Assembly (NCBI GenBank): GCA_030390025.1
Contig: CM059431.1
Span: 149,174,001-149,238,000, forward strand
DNA length: 64,000 nt
Direction: 5' to 3'
Source: Squalus acanthias
Taxonomy: Eukaryota
In this document: positions 12,249-26,234 of the stretch, one piece after another
Layout: every line of letters starts with the position of its first letter
Numbering within the stretch: position 1 is the first letter of the stretch
Program-made: the position numbers and the translations under genes
Notes under the pieces: generated by a model
Database searches by the model: none
Told to the model about the DNA's origin: nothing
The model's input: only the letters and a program-made list of their open reading frames with translations

Positions 12249-13695
12249 CTGATATATCCCATACCACTCACAGTAACACTCTCTGGTATACCCCACACCA
12301 ATCACTGTAACACTCTAAAATACCCCACACCCCCTTAAAACTTTGATATGTCCCACACCACTCACTATAAAACTCTCTGATATACCGCACACCCCTCACT
12401 GCAAAAGTTTGATATACCCCACACCCCTCACTGTTACAGTATGATATACCACACAGTCCTCACTGTAACCCTCTGATATACTCCACACCACATACTGTAA
12501 CACACTGATATACACCCACCCCTCACTGTAAAAGTCTGATATACTGTACACTCCTCACTGAAACACACGGATATACCCCAGACCACACACTGTAACACGC
12601 TGATATACCCCACACCCCTCACTTTAACACCATGATATACCCCAGACCGCTCACTGTAATACTCAGTTACATGCCACACCCCAGAATCTCCTTATACCTC
12701 CCTCACCACTCACTGAAACATGCTGATATACAAACCCAACGCAGTATCACTCTGATATCCCCACACCCCTAACTGTAAACAATTGATATATCACTCACCA
12801 CTCACTGTAAACCTTTTTATGTAGCCCACACCTCTCACTCTAACTCTCTTATGTACCACACATCCCACACTGTAACAATCTGTTATACACAATTCATCAC
12901 ACTGTACACCTTGATATACCCATACCCCTCACTATAACACTCTAATATACATAGAAACATAAAAAAAACTAGGAGCAGCATTAGGCCATTCGGCCCCTCG
13001 AGCCAGCTCCGCCATTCAATATGATCATGGCTGTTCCTTTATCTCAATACCATGTTCCCGCTCTCTCCCCATACACCCCACACCACTCACTGTAACAATC
13101 TGATATATGCCAAACATTGGGCTGTTACTCCCCATACCACTCACTGTAATACTGATATACGTCGCACCAAAAACTGTAAAACACTCTGATGTACTCCACA
13201 AACAACAATGTAACAATCAGAAACACCACACACTGTAACACTCTGCAATACCTAACAGGCCTGACTGTAAAATTCTGATATACTCCACAACCCTCAAAGT
13301 AACAATCTGATATACAACAAATCACTAACTGTAACACTCTGATATACGCCACAACCCAGTAACCCTCTGATATACCCCACACCACTGACAGCAACTCTGA
13401 TATACCCCAAAACGCTCACTGTAACACTCTGATATACCCCACACCCCTCACTGTAACACTCTGATATACTCCACACCACTCACTGTAACTCTGATATACA
13501 ACAGAACCCTCACTGTAACACTCTGATATACCCCACAACCTTCACTGTAACACTCTGATATACCCCACGCCACTCACGTTAACTCTGATATACCCCACAC
13601 CATTCACTCTAACACTCTGACACATGCCACACTCTTGATTGCTACACCCCACACCAGTCACTCTAATACTGATATACCTCATAACACTCACTGTT
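12247..13695. repeat. 32-bp minisatellite with a short CR1 3'-end insertion at about 12948-13070
   Basis: CTGATATACCCCACACCACTCACTGTAACACT units (13429, 13461). Confidence 0.92.
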
Positions 13696-14144
13696 GCCAC
13701 TGCCACTTCAACATGCAATGGGCTTCAATATTGGTAACATGTGTTACTTTATCAAGCATCTTTTGAAAGGATAGGGATATTGGGAAAGTGTGAGTAGTAT
13801 CAGTCATAAAACCATAGAATTGGTGAGACAAGTTGTGTTGACAATTTGTTTGGCGGAACATGACGAACCACTCTGATCACAGGCTACGCCTGTTTTCAAT
13901 CAGTGAATTTCAAAATCAGTGATTTTATTCCCATTTTATTATTTATATGTATTTGTTCTCAGGATATGCGTGACGCTGACAAGGCCGGTATTACCTGCCC
14001 ATTCCCAGTTACCCATGATAAAATGTAGTGCCTTCATCTTGTAGCGCTGCATTCTGTGTGGTGAAGGTGCTCCCACAATACTATTCCGGAACGAATTTCT
14101 GGCTTTTGTCCCAGTGACGATGAAGGAACGGCGATATATTTGAA

Positions 14145-14557
14145 GGGTACAGTAGGATAGTGGTTATGTTGCTGGATTAGTAAACCAGATGCCTGGACGA
14201 ATGATCCTGAGCTCAAATCACAGTAGCTGGGGAATTTAAATTCAATTAATTAAACAAATCTGGAATAAAATGTTAGTGTCAGTAATGGTAACCATGAAAC
14301 TACCGGATTGTCGTTCAAAACGCAACTGGTTCACTAATGTCCTTCAGGGAAGGAAATCTGCCGTCGTTATCCATTATGGACGAAATGTGACCCCAGACCC
14401 ACAACAATGTGGTTGACTATTTAGGACCCACTGAAATGGCCGAGCAAGCCACTCAGTTGCATGAGGCGGGTCACCACCAACTTCTCCAGCGCAATTAGGG
14501 ATGGCCAATAAATGCTGGCCTTGCCTGCAACGTCCACATTACAATAATGAATAAAAC
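14145..14557 (+). mobile_element. tRNA-derived SINE (second family) carrying a LINE-derived 3' tail
   Basis: tRNA-like head (TAGGATAGTGGTTATG...CTAG-like loop), tail GCAATTAGGGATGGCCAATAAATGCTGGCCTTGCC shared with the LINE 3' ends at about 9680-9730 (-) and 57250-57310 (+). Confidence 0.7.
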
Positions 14558-14759
14558 AATGATTTCTTAAAGATCATAATGATTTATAAATGTTTATAAT
14601 GTTTTAATCAGCCAGGGCCGCCACCTTTGTTCGGGGCGCCAGAGCCGTCATCTTTGTTATGTGAATTTCCCCGCCGGCGGGCTGCCCGGTCCAGGGATGT
14701 GCGGCTCGCCACAATATCAGGCCCAGGGCGCTCTCAGGCAGCAAAGTTTCAGCTTCACA

Positions 14760-15660
14760 TCATCCTTTCATGAATTTTACAATCAGGGTAAAGGGATATT
14801 TCCCCACATTCTTCAACTGCTCTCTGAACTTAGTCTGGGTGACGGCATAAATCCCAGTGTTTGTGCAGCAACTCAGCATCGCAGCATCAATCCTATTTCC
14901 CTTAGATAATGCGGTAGAGTTATAGACACAGGCCACAAATACCATTTACGCCTCCATATATAATACACCATAAACACTGCCCATAACAGGATGAAGTTGC
15001 CGGAGATAACAAGCAGTAAAATGATGGATTTCCTGCGGCTCTCCATCTCTTGGTCCCTGGGACTCTCCCCACTGCTGGGACCCCGGAGCCTCCTGCGGGC
15101 TCTGCTGGATACTAAAATGTATCTGACGGTGACAGCATTGAGTAGCAGAATCACAACAAATGGGACACACGGGGTGAGAATATAATGAAGGAACTCGATT
15201 GCTCCCCAGACCCGTGAAAATAGAACATCGAGTGTTACATCACAAAACCAGGGGGTATTGTCAAGCCATTACTGATCTGTGAACATAAAATACCAGAAGA
15301 TGTTCTTTAAACAGCTCAGCACAGTCACTGTTCCCAGAACCACAGCCGTCTTTTTCTCGGTGCAATATTTCGTTTTCAACTTCTGCCGACAAATGGCCAC
15401 AAATCGATCAAAGGTGAAAGTGACGGTGAACCAGACAGATCAGTCTGTGGTTGCATAAATCAGGACGGCATGGATATTACACACGGGGATGGACTCAAGG
15501 AAAATAAACTGTTTACTAAAAAGAATCGGAATCTGCCAAAATATTAGGTCAAGGATAACGACCAGTAGATCAGCCGCTGCCATGGCCACCAGGTAGCGCG
15601 TGACACATTTCGAGAGACCACACTTTCCCCGAGACAGGATCACAATCGTCACTAAGTTCA
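14760..15660 (-). pseudogene. GPR139/GPR142-like class A GPCR, exon 2 (TM1 end to C-terminus), pseudogene
   Basis: CTCACAG acceptor; VNLVTIVILSRGKCGLSKCVTRYLVAMAAADLLV...D*SVWFTVTFTFDRFVAIC...CCTNTGIYAVTQTKFREQL; stops TGA 15440-15442 and TAA 15269-15271; frameshift near 14880. Confidence 0.93.
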
Positions 15661-16249
15661 CTGTGAGCAAGGGAAATAAACAGGGAAATTATACATCAGG
15701 CTGGGAGCAAGAGCAGCAGTTATAGGAATTCGGGGAGAAATCTGCAACTAATTAGCGACATTCAATGATGTAATCTAATTCTATTACCCGTGGAGCTGAA
15801 TACAGGGTTTATTGTAAGAGTAATCGGGAATACATTGTGGAATTAAAAAATTAAACGGGGATAAATACAATATGAAAGTAACAGATGTTTGATCAATGAG
15901 AGATTTAATGGTAGGTCTACTTTTAGCCCAGCAGACAACAGCTCACCCCGAAAAAAAACACCGCCTGAGGTACCAGGGAGAAAAAGGACCAAAACCTTTG
16001 GGGACGCCTTCGTGTCCCGGGATCAGTCAGCAATTGGAGCGGTGCAATTCGCTTCTGTGCCCTTGTGTTAGGGAGGGGAAATCCCGCTTGGATTCCTGCT
16101 CCTGGTTAGAATATCTATGATATATAGAACTGAATCTAAATGCAACGGTAAAATACAGAAGCTGCAATCTTGGCGTGCAATAATTACAGGCAATTGGATT
16201 GAAAATGTACGGCTGTGATATGCAAGTGCTAAGATAATAAACACAAGAA

Positions 16250-16492
16250 CCATCCGGGAAGGCGCCGAAAACCTCGAGTCTCTTCGCCAGGAGCAAGCGG
16301 AAGCCAAGCGCAGGCAGCGCAAGGAACGCACGTCAACCCAAGCACCCCACCCACCCGCCCCTTCAACGACCGTCTGCCCCACCTGAGACAGAGACTGTAG
16401 GTCCCGTATTGGACTCATCAGTCACCTGAGAACTCATTTTTAATGTGGAAGCAAGTAAGACTCGCTTCCGAGGGACTGCCTAAGAAGGAGAA
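16250..16492 (+). mobile_element. RTE LINE 3' fragment in the GPCR intron
   Basis: C-terminal zinc-finger-like CPT..RDCRSRIGLISHLRTH; similar to the 21130-21330 (-) end. Confidence 0.75.
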
Positions 16493-17933
16493 TAAACACA
16501 AGTGCACTGCAGTTATAAAGATAACTGGGATGTAAGAACTGATTTGAAGATTGAGCTTTCTATAGTTTTGTTGAAATACTCAAATTGTGGCTCATTGAAA
16601 GGAAGATTTTGCAAATAACATTGCAAAGAATGGATTCTGAATTAAAATAAAAAGTTATCATTGACCAGGTAATAGCCCACTAAATGCTTTTATTAGCATC
16701 ATAATCAAGCGACTCATCCCACAGGCAACGAGCCGCCGAACGCTTTCGTAAAGTATCTGAACACAAATGGAAGAGATTTATCCTTGTATTTTTTCACCTG
16801 TTGCTTTCTAATTTATGCAGAGAATATTAGTCGAGAAAATATGACGCGATGTTCTTATCCTCAGTACTTCAGTTACAATCAGCTGGGATTGTTTAGCGTG
16901 CAGTACAGCAGGAGGCAATAGAGAATCACTCTGGGTCTCACTGAGAGATCCACTGAACTGTGACATGTGGGCATGGGATCCAATTATAAATTCAAACACA
17001 AAGATTGTAAATAAACGCATTGAAATATGGCTGAATGAACGTTTTTTGAGAATGTAAATTATCCTTCTAATCCTATTCTAACCACCAGAATCAGTGCCAC
17101 TAATGCAGAGCTTGAGATGGTGGGAAAGTAGACACTGACTGGAACTGAATGATTAGCGGATATTTCAGACTTTGAAAGATGTGTTTCTGATCTGCCAGAA
17201 TTTGTTCCTGTGACTCTGTGTCAGTAAATAGACCGACCATTCGGTGAAAACAAAAGCAAATTACTGCGGATGCTGGAAATCTGAAATAAGAACAGAAAAT
17301 ATTTTAAATACTCAGCAGGTCAGTCAGCATCTGTGGAAAGAGAGAGAGTTAATGATTGAGGCCGATAATCTTTTGCCACGAGGTTAAAAATCTGCGCAAC
17401 CAAGACAATATTCTACTGATCTGTTAGAAATGTTCAGTATAAATATCAGGACGAAATTCTTTAAGCAAAGAGTCTCGTGCAATATATTTTCTTGAGTTGA
17501 ATATAGAACAATTGAACCTTGGTAACACCGTATCACCTTCAGAATCAACAGCCGACAGCAGTGCGCATGGGATGGAGAATGACAAGGAGAGAAATCCATT
17601 TTAAAATGATTCATAGTATTAATTGCTGGATACAGAGACTTACCAGGGAGACGAACAGTCGCGAGGGGGTGTGGGGAGGGTGTAAATTACAAGATCAGTA
17701 ATACAGTAAAACATGATTTATATAATTAATCGCTGGATCCAGAGACTTACCAGGAACACCAACAGCAGCGAGGATGTGCCAGGCTTTTTAAACAACAATT
17801 CTTGCATTAAAATAGATGCAACTACTTGAAACACAGAATACCATTAATAACGGAGAATGCCACGGTAAATAGCAAGAATAACAATACAGTGTAGCATGGC
17901 TTAAAGAATTAATAACTGGACTTAGACACTTAC

Positions 17934-17985
17934 TATGAACACTTACAGGAGTGAGAAGGGGATAGTAAATATTTTGTATATTCTC
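17934..17985 (-). pseudogene. GPR139-like exon 1, 3' part, cut off by a Penelope-like insertion
   Basis: ENIQNIYYPLLTPVSVH followed by A|GTAAGT, phase 1, matching the exon 2 acceptor phase. Confidence 0.65.
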
Positions 17986-18785
17986 CCCCCCCCCCCCCCC
18001 CTTTCAGCATTCCGAAGGAACCGCACCCTCCACAACACCCTGGTCCAGTCCTCAATCAGCCCCAACAGACCCTCCCCTCCCGACGGCAACTTCCCTTGCA
18101 AGTACAGGAGATGCATCACCTGCTCTTTTATCTCCTCCCTTCCCACTTTCCAGGGCCTCAAACACTCATTCCAGGTGAAACAGAAATGTACTTGTACTTC
18201 TTACAATTTAGCATACTGTATTCGCTGCTCACGAAGCGGTCTCCTCTACATTGCGGGGAAGAAACGCAGATTGAGTGATTGCTTTGCGGAACACTACTGT
18301 TCAGTCCGTAAGTGTGACCCCGAGCTTCCGGTCCGCTGTGACTTTAATTTGCTGCTCTCCTCCCACTCTGACCTCTCTGTCCTCGGCTTCTTACAGTGTT
18401 TCAATGAAGCTCAATTTAAGCTCGAGGAACAGCACTTTATCTTTCTCTTAGGCACTTTATAGCCTTCTGGACTCAACATTGAATTCCACAATTTCGGTCC
18501 ATAACCTCCGCCCCTACTTTTTGCAGGCGGCAGCTGCTGATGTTTCTCCCATCCCCATTTGCAACATTTAACAACTTCTGCCTTCCACCCTATCACAGAC
18601 AGACTCTTATGTTCCTTCCTCTCCCAACCCCTTTCCCTGCCACTGCACCTGCTTAAAATATGTTGCAGCTCTAAACTTTTTCAGTTCTGACGAAGTTTCA
18701 CAGAACTGAATATTTAACTCTTTCTCTCTTCACGGATGTTGCCTGACCTGCTGAGTGTTTTCAATATTTTCTGTTGTTATTCCAA
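17986..18785 (+). mobile_element. Penelope-like element 3' fragment (GIY-YIG endonuclease remnant)
   Basis: FQVKQKCTCTSYNLAYCIRCSRSGLLYIAGKKRRLSDCFAEH...KLEEQHFIFLLGTL. Confidence 0.8.
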
Positions 18786-19474
18786 ATTATTCTTGTTAAC
18801 TGCCGCTTTTCAAGAATAATTTCCATATAGATCATCGAACCCACGACATCCCTTCTGTGAGAGGCTGGTGGTCTTTGTGCTGCGGGCAACGCGCTGATTT
18901 TGTGAGGTCACACAGTGAAGGTTGCTCCTTAAGTAGAGCAGAGGGAAATCCTCAAGAGAAATCATTAGGCCTCACTGTAACTGGCATTAATTACATTCAT
19001 TGACCAAACAGACTCCTTGATACAATGTCACCACAACACTTCACTACAACACAATCTAGCTCTCATTATTGTACACACATTTAAATTAAAAGTGAGCGCA
19101 TGCACAATATTTCACCCTTCCTCAGTCCAGGAACTTCTTTCCCAGGACCGCCGAGACAACACTGCTCCCGCCTCAGTCCAGGAATGTCATTCCCAGAGCA
19201 GCCAAGGTTACATGTCCCCGCCTTAGTCCAGCAAGTTGATTCCCAGGGCATTCTATTTGCCTGAATCGAGAACAAGAACAACAAGGTGTTTCTAATGATT
19301 GACCTCAAACAGCCAATTTTGTAATGGTGCTTTACAGAGGGAGATAACATAATAAAACGAGCAAAGTGTTGACACCAAGGAATTCAAGACAAATGCTTAA
19401 AATATTAACTAATTAGATAAATACCCTGTAACCGTCCCAATACTCCATGAAACGCTCTGGAGACATTGAATTAA

Positions 19475-20962
19475 CATAGAAGAAGATAGGAGCAAGAGTA
19501 GGCCATTCGGCCCCTCGAGCCTGCTCCGCCATTCGATGAGATCATGGTTGCTCATCCAAACTCAGTACCCTGTACCTGCCTTCTCCCCATATCCCTTGAT
19601 ACCATTAGCTTTATGAAATATTTCTAACTCATTCTTGAATATATTTAATGATTTGTACTCAACTACCTTCTGTGGTAGAGAATTCCACAACGTTCACCAC
19701 TCTCTGGGTGAAGAAATTCTTCCTCATTTCTGTCTTAAATGGCTTACCCGTTATCATTAGATTTTGACCCCTGGTTAAGGAATCTCCTTTCATCGGGTAC
19801 ATTCTTCCTGCGTCCAGTTTCTCCAGACCTGTCAGAATTTTATATGTTTCGATGAGATCCCCTCCCATTCTTCTATACTCCAGCGAGTATATGATCAATC
19901 GACCCAATCTCTCCTCATATGTCATTCCTGCAATCCCAGGTATCAGCCTTGTGAATCTTCGCTGAACTCCTTCAATGGCAAGAACATCCTTCCTCAGATA
20001 AGTCGACCAAAACTGCACACAATACTCAAGGTGTGGTCTCACCAAGGCTCTGTGCAACTGCAACAGGACATCTCTGTTACTATACTCAAACACTTTCGCT
20101 ATGAAGGCCAACATACTATTTGCCTTCTTCACCGCCAGCTGCACCTGCATGCTTACTTTCAGCTACTGGTGCACAAGGACACCCAGGTCTCGTTGCACGT
20201 CCCCTTCGCCCAATCTATTGCCATTCAGATAATTGTCTGCCTTTCTGTTTTTGACACCAAAGTGGATACCGCGCATTTATCCACGTTATATTGCATCTGC
20301 CACGCTTCTGCCCACTCACCCAACCTGTCCAAATCATCCTGGAGTTTCTCAGTATCCTCCTCGCAGCACACACTCCCACCCAGCTTTGTGTCAGCTGCAA
20401 ACTTGGAGATAGTACATTTATTTCCCTTATTTAGATCATAAATGTATATTGTGAATAGCTGGGGTACAAGGAACGATCCCTGCGGTACCCCACTAGTCAC
20501 TGCTTCCCACTCGGAAAAAGACCCATTAATTCCTACTCTCTGCTTTCAATCCGCCAAACAGTTCTCTATCCAAGTCAATACATTGCCTCCAATCCCATGT
20601 GCCTTAACTTTACACGCTAATCTCTTATGCGGGATCTTATCGAAAGCCTTTTCAAAGTCCAAATACACCACATCTACTGGTTCTCCCTTATCTATTTTCC
20701 CAGTTACATCCTCAAAAAATTCCAGTAGATTAGTCAAGCACGCTTTACCTTTTGTAAATTCAAGTTGACTTTGTCCGATCCTGTCACTGTTTCTCAAGTG
20801 AAGAGCTATTACATCCTTTATAATGGACTGTAGCATTTTCCCCACTACCGATGTCAGGCTTACCGGTCTGTATTTCCCCGCTTTCTCTCGACCACCCGTT
20901 TTGAATAGTGGGTTAACATTAGCTACCCTCCAATCCATGGGTACAGTTCCAGATTCCCGCAC
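19475..20962 (-). mobile_element. CR1 LINE RT 3' portion
   Basis: YRPVSLTSVVGK, YLDFEKAFDKIPH, SGVPQGS, LVRPHLEYCVQFW. Confidence 0.93.
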
Positions 20963-21511
20963 AGTCACAGACACAGGGCCATACCTATCAGTCAACATTC
21001 CCGTCTCCTCCATCGCCATTCTAGGGTATATCCTGTTCCACCGGCAGAACAGACTCACCAGAGGTGGGGACACAGGGGTATAGATTCGGCTAGGAGAGTT
21101 CCTGCGAGTCCTCAACATTGCCTCTTCTTCTCTTCTTTGGCATTAACTCGGAACCAAGGATGACTTCCATCCACACTAAAAATGAGTTGTCAGGTGACTG
21201 ATGAGTCCAAGATGGCACCTACATTCTCTGTCACTGGTGGAGCAGACGTTGTTTGAAGGGGCGGGTGGGTAGGGTGGTTGGGTCGATGTGCGCTCCTTCC
21301 GCTTGCTCCCGGTGAAGAGACAAGCGATGTTTGCTGCCATCCCTGTTTCTTCTCCTGCACTATGATCGGTCTTGGGCCAGGAATTCCCAGGTGTCGGAGG
21401 GAAAGTCGCACTTTTGCAAGCAAGCTTTGAGGGTGTCCTTGAAGATTTCCTCTGCCCACCTGGAACTCTCCTGCCGTGTCGGAGCTCCGAGTAGAGCGCT
21501 TTCGTTGTGTG

Positions 21512-21816
21512 TCTCTTAAGGATAAGGGCTAAACCATTTAGGACAGAAATGAGGGGGAATTTCTTCACTCAGAGGGTGGTGAACCTGTGGAACTCATTGC
21601 CACAGAGGGCAGTGTACGCCAGCTCATTAAATATATTTAAGAGGGAATTAGATATATTTCTACAGGCAAAAGGGGTTAAGGGTTACGGAGAGAAGGCGGG
21701 GACGGGATACTGAATTGAAGGATCAGCCATGATCTCATTAAATGGCGGAGCAGGCTCGAAGGGCCGGATGGCCTACTCCTGCTCCTATCTTCTATGTATC
21801 TATGTATCTATGTATC
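21512..21816 (+). mobile_element. CR1 3'-end fragment with (TATG)-type tail inserted in the RTE
   Basis: FRTEMRGNFFTQRVVNLWNSLP; TATGTATCTATGTATC tail. Confidence 0.88.
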
Positions 21817-23591
21817 AGTCATAAGGACGATGTGGCACGTCCATCGGAGCTGATCGAGCGTAGTCAAAGCATCGATGCTGGGGGTGTTGACCTGAGCGAG
21901 AACACTGACTTTGGTGCGCCTATCCTGCCAATGGAGCTGCAGCATCTTGAGAAGGCAGTGTTGGTGGAACGTCTTCAGTGATTTGAGATGTCTGCTGTAC
22001 ATGGTCCATGTCTCTGAAGCGTACAGGGGGACGGGAATCACTACTGCTCTGTATACCATGAGCCTGGTGCGGGTTTGAGTTCCTGCTCTTCAAAGACTCT
22101 CTTCCTCAGACGACCGAAGGCTGCACTGGTACACCGAAGGCGGTGTTGGACTTCGTCATCGACGTCTGCCCTTGTTGACAGTAGACTCCCGAGGTATGGA
22201 AAGTGGCCCAGGTTGTCCAAGGCATGTTCGTGGATCTTGATAATCGGGGGGCAATTCTGTGTTCTGGGGCAGTTTGATCGAGGACATTTGTCTTACGGAT
22301 GTTTAATGTAAGACCTATGCTCTTGTACGCTTCGGTGAAGGTGTTGACAATGGTTTGGAGTTCGAACTCCGAGTGTGCGCAGATGGCTGCATACTGTAAT
22401 TCGATGACAGAGGATGGGACTACCTTGGAATTGGACTGGAGGTGACGGAGTTTGAACATTTTCCCTTATTTTGTGTAAATTAGATCCACTCTAGCGGGGA
22501 GCTTAGTGAGGGTGAGATAGAGCTTTGCAGCCAGGAAGATCGAGAAGAGCTGTGGTGCGATGACACAGCCTTGCTTGACCCAAGTCCGTAAGTGAATTGG
22601 ATCTGTGGCGGATCCGTTGGTCAACATCACGGCTTCCATGTCATCATGAAGCAGGCAGAGGATGATGTCAAACTTTTGAGGGCAGTCGAATTTGAGGAGA
22701 ACACTCCCTAATCCCTCATGGTTGACAGTGTCGAAGGCCTTTGTGAGGTCAAAGAAGGCCATGTACAGTGGTTGGTGCTGCAAAATTAATTTCTCTTGTA
22801 TTTGACGCGTGGTGAAGATCATGTCCATTTTTCCACTTAGTGGGCGGAATCTGCATTGCGACTCTGGGAGGAGCTCTTCAGCCACTGGGAGAAGGCGACT
22901 GATGAGGATTATTGCGATTACTTTCCTTGTGCTGACAGCTGGGAGACTCCATGTAATTTCCGTAATCGTCCTTGACACCTTTCTTCGAGATGGTCATGAT
23001 TGCGGCATCTCTGAGATCCCCTTGCATGCGCTACTCCTTCCAAATAAGATAAATAATTTCATGTATTCGCGCCAATGTTGCTTCTCAGTCATGGTTTAGC
23101 ACCTCTGCAGGGATTCCATCTGCTCCTGAGTCTTTGTTGTTCTTCAGTTGTCGGGTGGCCTTTTCTACCTCATGCCGGGCTGGGATTGTGCTGTGGTGGT
23201 GGCGGGTAGCATGCTGCGGGATAGAGTTGAGGACAGTCGCATGGAAGATAGAATCTCGGTTAAGTATATCTTCGAAGTGCTCGTTTCAGCGGGCACTGAC
23301 TGCCTCTCTGTCCTTGACGATTACCTCTCCCTTCATGGCCCGCAGTGGGGTAGGACATGAGTGCTTGGTTGGTAGGTGGTCTTGACTGCGCTAACTTATC
23401 CATGCATGTCGTGGTTGTCGGCTAGCTGCTGAATTACCTGCGGTTTCTACACCCAGCATCTGTTCTTCAGATCGCGAGTTTTTGGTTGGACCTCAGCCCA
23501 CAGTCATCTTTCGAGCTGCTTTCTTGGTCTCGAGTTGTGTTGCTGTTTCCAGATCCTGGATCTCTTGGCCGTTCTCGTAGAACCAGTCTTG

Positions 23592-24364
23592 GGGGGAAAA
23601 ATTCAGCTGCTTGCGCCTCCCGTTAGCGCCTTAAGAGGGCGCTAATGGGGCGTAAAGCAGCTAACGCCCGGGCGCAGCGCCGCCCTCGCCTCCCGAAAAA
23701 TTCAGCGGGAGGTTAGCGGCGGCGGCAGCCGGTAGCGCCCAGTGGCGCTGCGCCGCCGGCGATGACGTCATCGCCGTGCACAGCACCCCGCTCGCGCCCC
23801 GGCCGTGATCTTCAGTCGCGCCCCCTGATTTACCACCAGACGCTATGTCCGACGGGTTCAGGGAGGCGTACGTGCGGCCGGGGCGGCGATATTTAAAGGG
23901 GAGGTGGCAGGCGGCCATTTTTGTTGCTGGCCGCCTGCCAGCACCTGCCCCCGTTGCTGTCCCCGGCCCCCGTGAAGCCCCCCCACCGTGAAGTGCCGGC
24001 TGCGCTCCAAGAGCCCGGCACTTCTCTTGAGTGCCGGGCTCTTTTGCCGGCACTCCCGATCCCTGGGTGCCCAGCTGGGCCCCGGTTCGCGCTGCGCAGG
24101 GTCCCTCCCCTTTAAGAAGGGGAGGAAGGCCTGCAATACCGCGGCGCGACGTGCCGCAGCGCGTGGCGCTGCGGCACGTTGCGCCAGGATATTCCCTCGC
24201 AGCGCCCCAAGAGCGATGCGGGGTGCTTCCAGTGGCGCCCCGCTTCCCTCTTGGGGCGCAACCACTGAAGTTCCGGCGCGGGGCCGCTAATTTTTCCGGG
24301 GCGCTAAAAGTCGCGCCCCGGCGAGGTTAGCGCCCCAAATGGGGCGCGACTCAATTTTTACCCC
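23592..24364. mobile_element. 773-bp GC-rich MITE, PIF/Harbinger-type, copy 1
   Basis: TIRs GGGGGAAAAATTCAG / CTCAATTTTTACCCC (13 of 15 match); 3-bp TSD TTG; removing it restores the RTE codons RKHQDWF. Confidence 0.92.
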
Positions 24365-24379
24365 TTGGTGTTTCCTGAT

Positions 24380-25213
24380 CGAAAATTTTATCGCCTGGCG
24401 CTATTTATCACCTCCGAGTGCAAATTTCGCTTTTATCGCCCCTGGAGGAGATGGGAGCGCTAAATCAGGTGCTTCATACCTGTCTTACGGCTAAAAGGCC
24501 GAGGAGTGAGGCGCTACCTCAGAGCGCCGGCGAAGCTCATGTGATGTCAGTCTGCAAGGTAACACAAACACAATGGCGCCGGCCAGTTCTTAAAGGGGAG
24601 AGTTGATCTTGCTCTCCATTCACATCCTGCACATTGCAGCCTTGAATGTCGGCCTGGAGAGACCTGTACATCAAATCTGCTGGAAAGAACAATGGAGAGT
24701 CCCAGGGAAAGAGCTCAGAGTGCAGCACCCACAGTCTCTTCTAATTCGATACAAGGAAGGGCAAATCAAAATGAACCTGCAAAGTGCTGCTCAGTGCCCA
24801 AAACTCCTTCACACAGCGTTGAATCACTGCAGAAGTTTCTCTCTCTCTCTCAGAATGCGTGGTGCCAAAATGTCACCAGCAAAAAAAGGCAGGAAGCGAT
24901 CACCTTTAAATAGCGCTCCCCCAATCCCTTCCTGACTGCAAAACGCTCTGCTCAACCTGTCGTTGCTAGCGGCAGGCGGTAAGGCAGGGGGCGGCAGTCA
25001 ATATCTGTTCCGGGGCGCTACCGGGGCGTTACGCACTCGACTGACGTCACGATCTGCCAGCGCAGGAGATCGTGGTGGTAGTGCTTAGCCCCGCCGCAAA
25101 ATGTCTAGTTAATTTCCTGAGCGGCGCAAACACCGCCGCCCACGGTAGCTTTGCACCCCATTAGCGCCCTCTTAAGATGCTAACGGGAGGCGCAAATCAA
25201 ATGAATTGTTCCC
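24380..25213. mobile_element. Older related Harbinger-type non-autonomous element, inverted relative to the 773-bp MITE
   Basis: 25147-25213 is a diverged reverse complement of the MITE left end (CCCCATTAGCGCCCTCTTAAG..GCTAACGGGAGGCGCAA...GAATT.TTCCC); left boundary uncertain. Confidence 0.6.
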
Positions 25214-26234
25214 TTTGTCTCTGAATCACTGGGATGATCACATAATGATTACTCATTGCTTCCAGTCAGACATGGGGAAGGTAACTTCCTGTTGATTACC
25301 ACCTACCACCCTGATTCAGCTGATGAATCAGCACATCTTCCTGCAGAACAACAGTTGATTGAAGCACCGAGAGCAGCTTGGTTGTGAGGCGCAGGCTGAA
25401 TAGGCTTTCTTAGCAGGGTCTTTTCGTGCTCCAGCGTTGATTTTCTGTGGCATTGTTTCTGTTGCCGCAACTGTGTTGGGGCTAAATTGATGGAGATGAC
25501 AGAGGGGATTAGCGGTGCTCTGTCCAGCAGTCGTCAGCTCCTGTCATTGCGCAGGTGATGCGTACAAGCATGTTGTCCCACGCTGGGACGATGACGTAGT
25601 CCAGCAGATGCCAGTGCTTGGAGTGAGGGTGTTGCCATGAAGTCTTGTATTTGTAAAGCTGACGAAACAAGATGTTGGTTATGACAAAGCCATTTTCTAA
25701 GCATTTCGTCACGAGGAGGTTACTGTTGTAGTTGGCTTCCCCTAACCCCTCCCTGCCGATCACAGCTCGCCAGAGGTCTGTCCTTTCCAACTCTAGCGTT
25801 AAAGCCGCCAAGGAGGATTAGCTTGTCGGCCGTTGGGAATCGGGACAGGGATTATTCGAGGCTGGAGTAGAATTCCTGTTTGGCATCGTCTGTTGCTTCC
25901 AGTGTTGGGGCGCACGCACTGATGATTTTGGCGCATTGGTTCCGGGCTAGGGTGATTGGTAGAATCATGAGGCGTTGGTTTATTCCACAAGGGGAGTCTC
26001 AGACGCCCAACTAGCTCATTTTTTATGGCGAAGCCTATCTCATGGAAGCGGCGTTCTTCCTCAGGTTTGCCATTCCAGAAGAAGGTGTAACCAACGCCTT
26101 GCTCCTTGAGCAGACCTTCACCTGCCCTTCGGGTGTCACTTAGGGCGGCGATGTCTACATCGAAACGTCTGAGGTCCCGGGCAACGATAGCTCTACGGCG
26201 TTCCGGTATATCGTTGCTGGGGTTGTCCATTGCC

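Larger units (their letters stand above)
21125..26230 (-). mobile_element. Fragmented RTE-clade LINE (APE endonuclease at about 25380-26230, RT at about 21815-23590) with nested insertions
   Basis: ERRRAIVARDLRRFDVDIAALSDTR, TSWQHPHSKHWHLLDYV, FFDLTKAFDTVN, VKQGCVIAP; interrupted by a CR1 3' end and MITEs. Confidence 0.88.

Noticed and set aside
15440..15442. TGA at a conserved Cys codon (D-C-S-V-W) as possible selenocysteine
   Set aside because: The same exon has a TAA and a frameshift, so simple pseudogenisation explains it
23661..24330. Overlapping Ala/Gly/Arg-rich ORFs duplicated at 31215-31884
   Set aside because: A by-product of very high GC content inside a MITE; no transposase motifs
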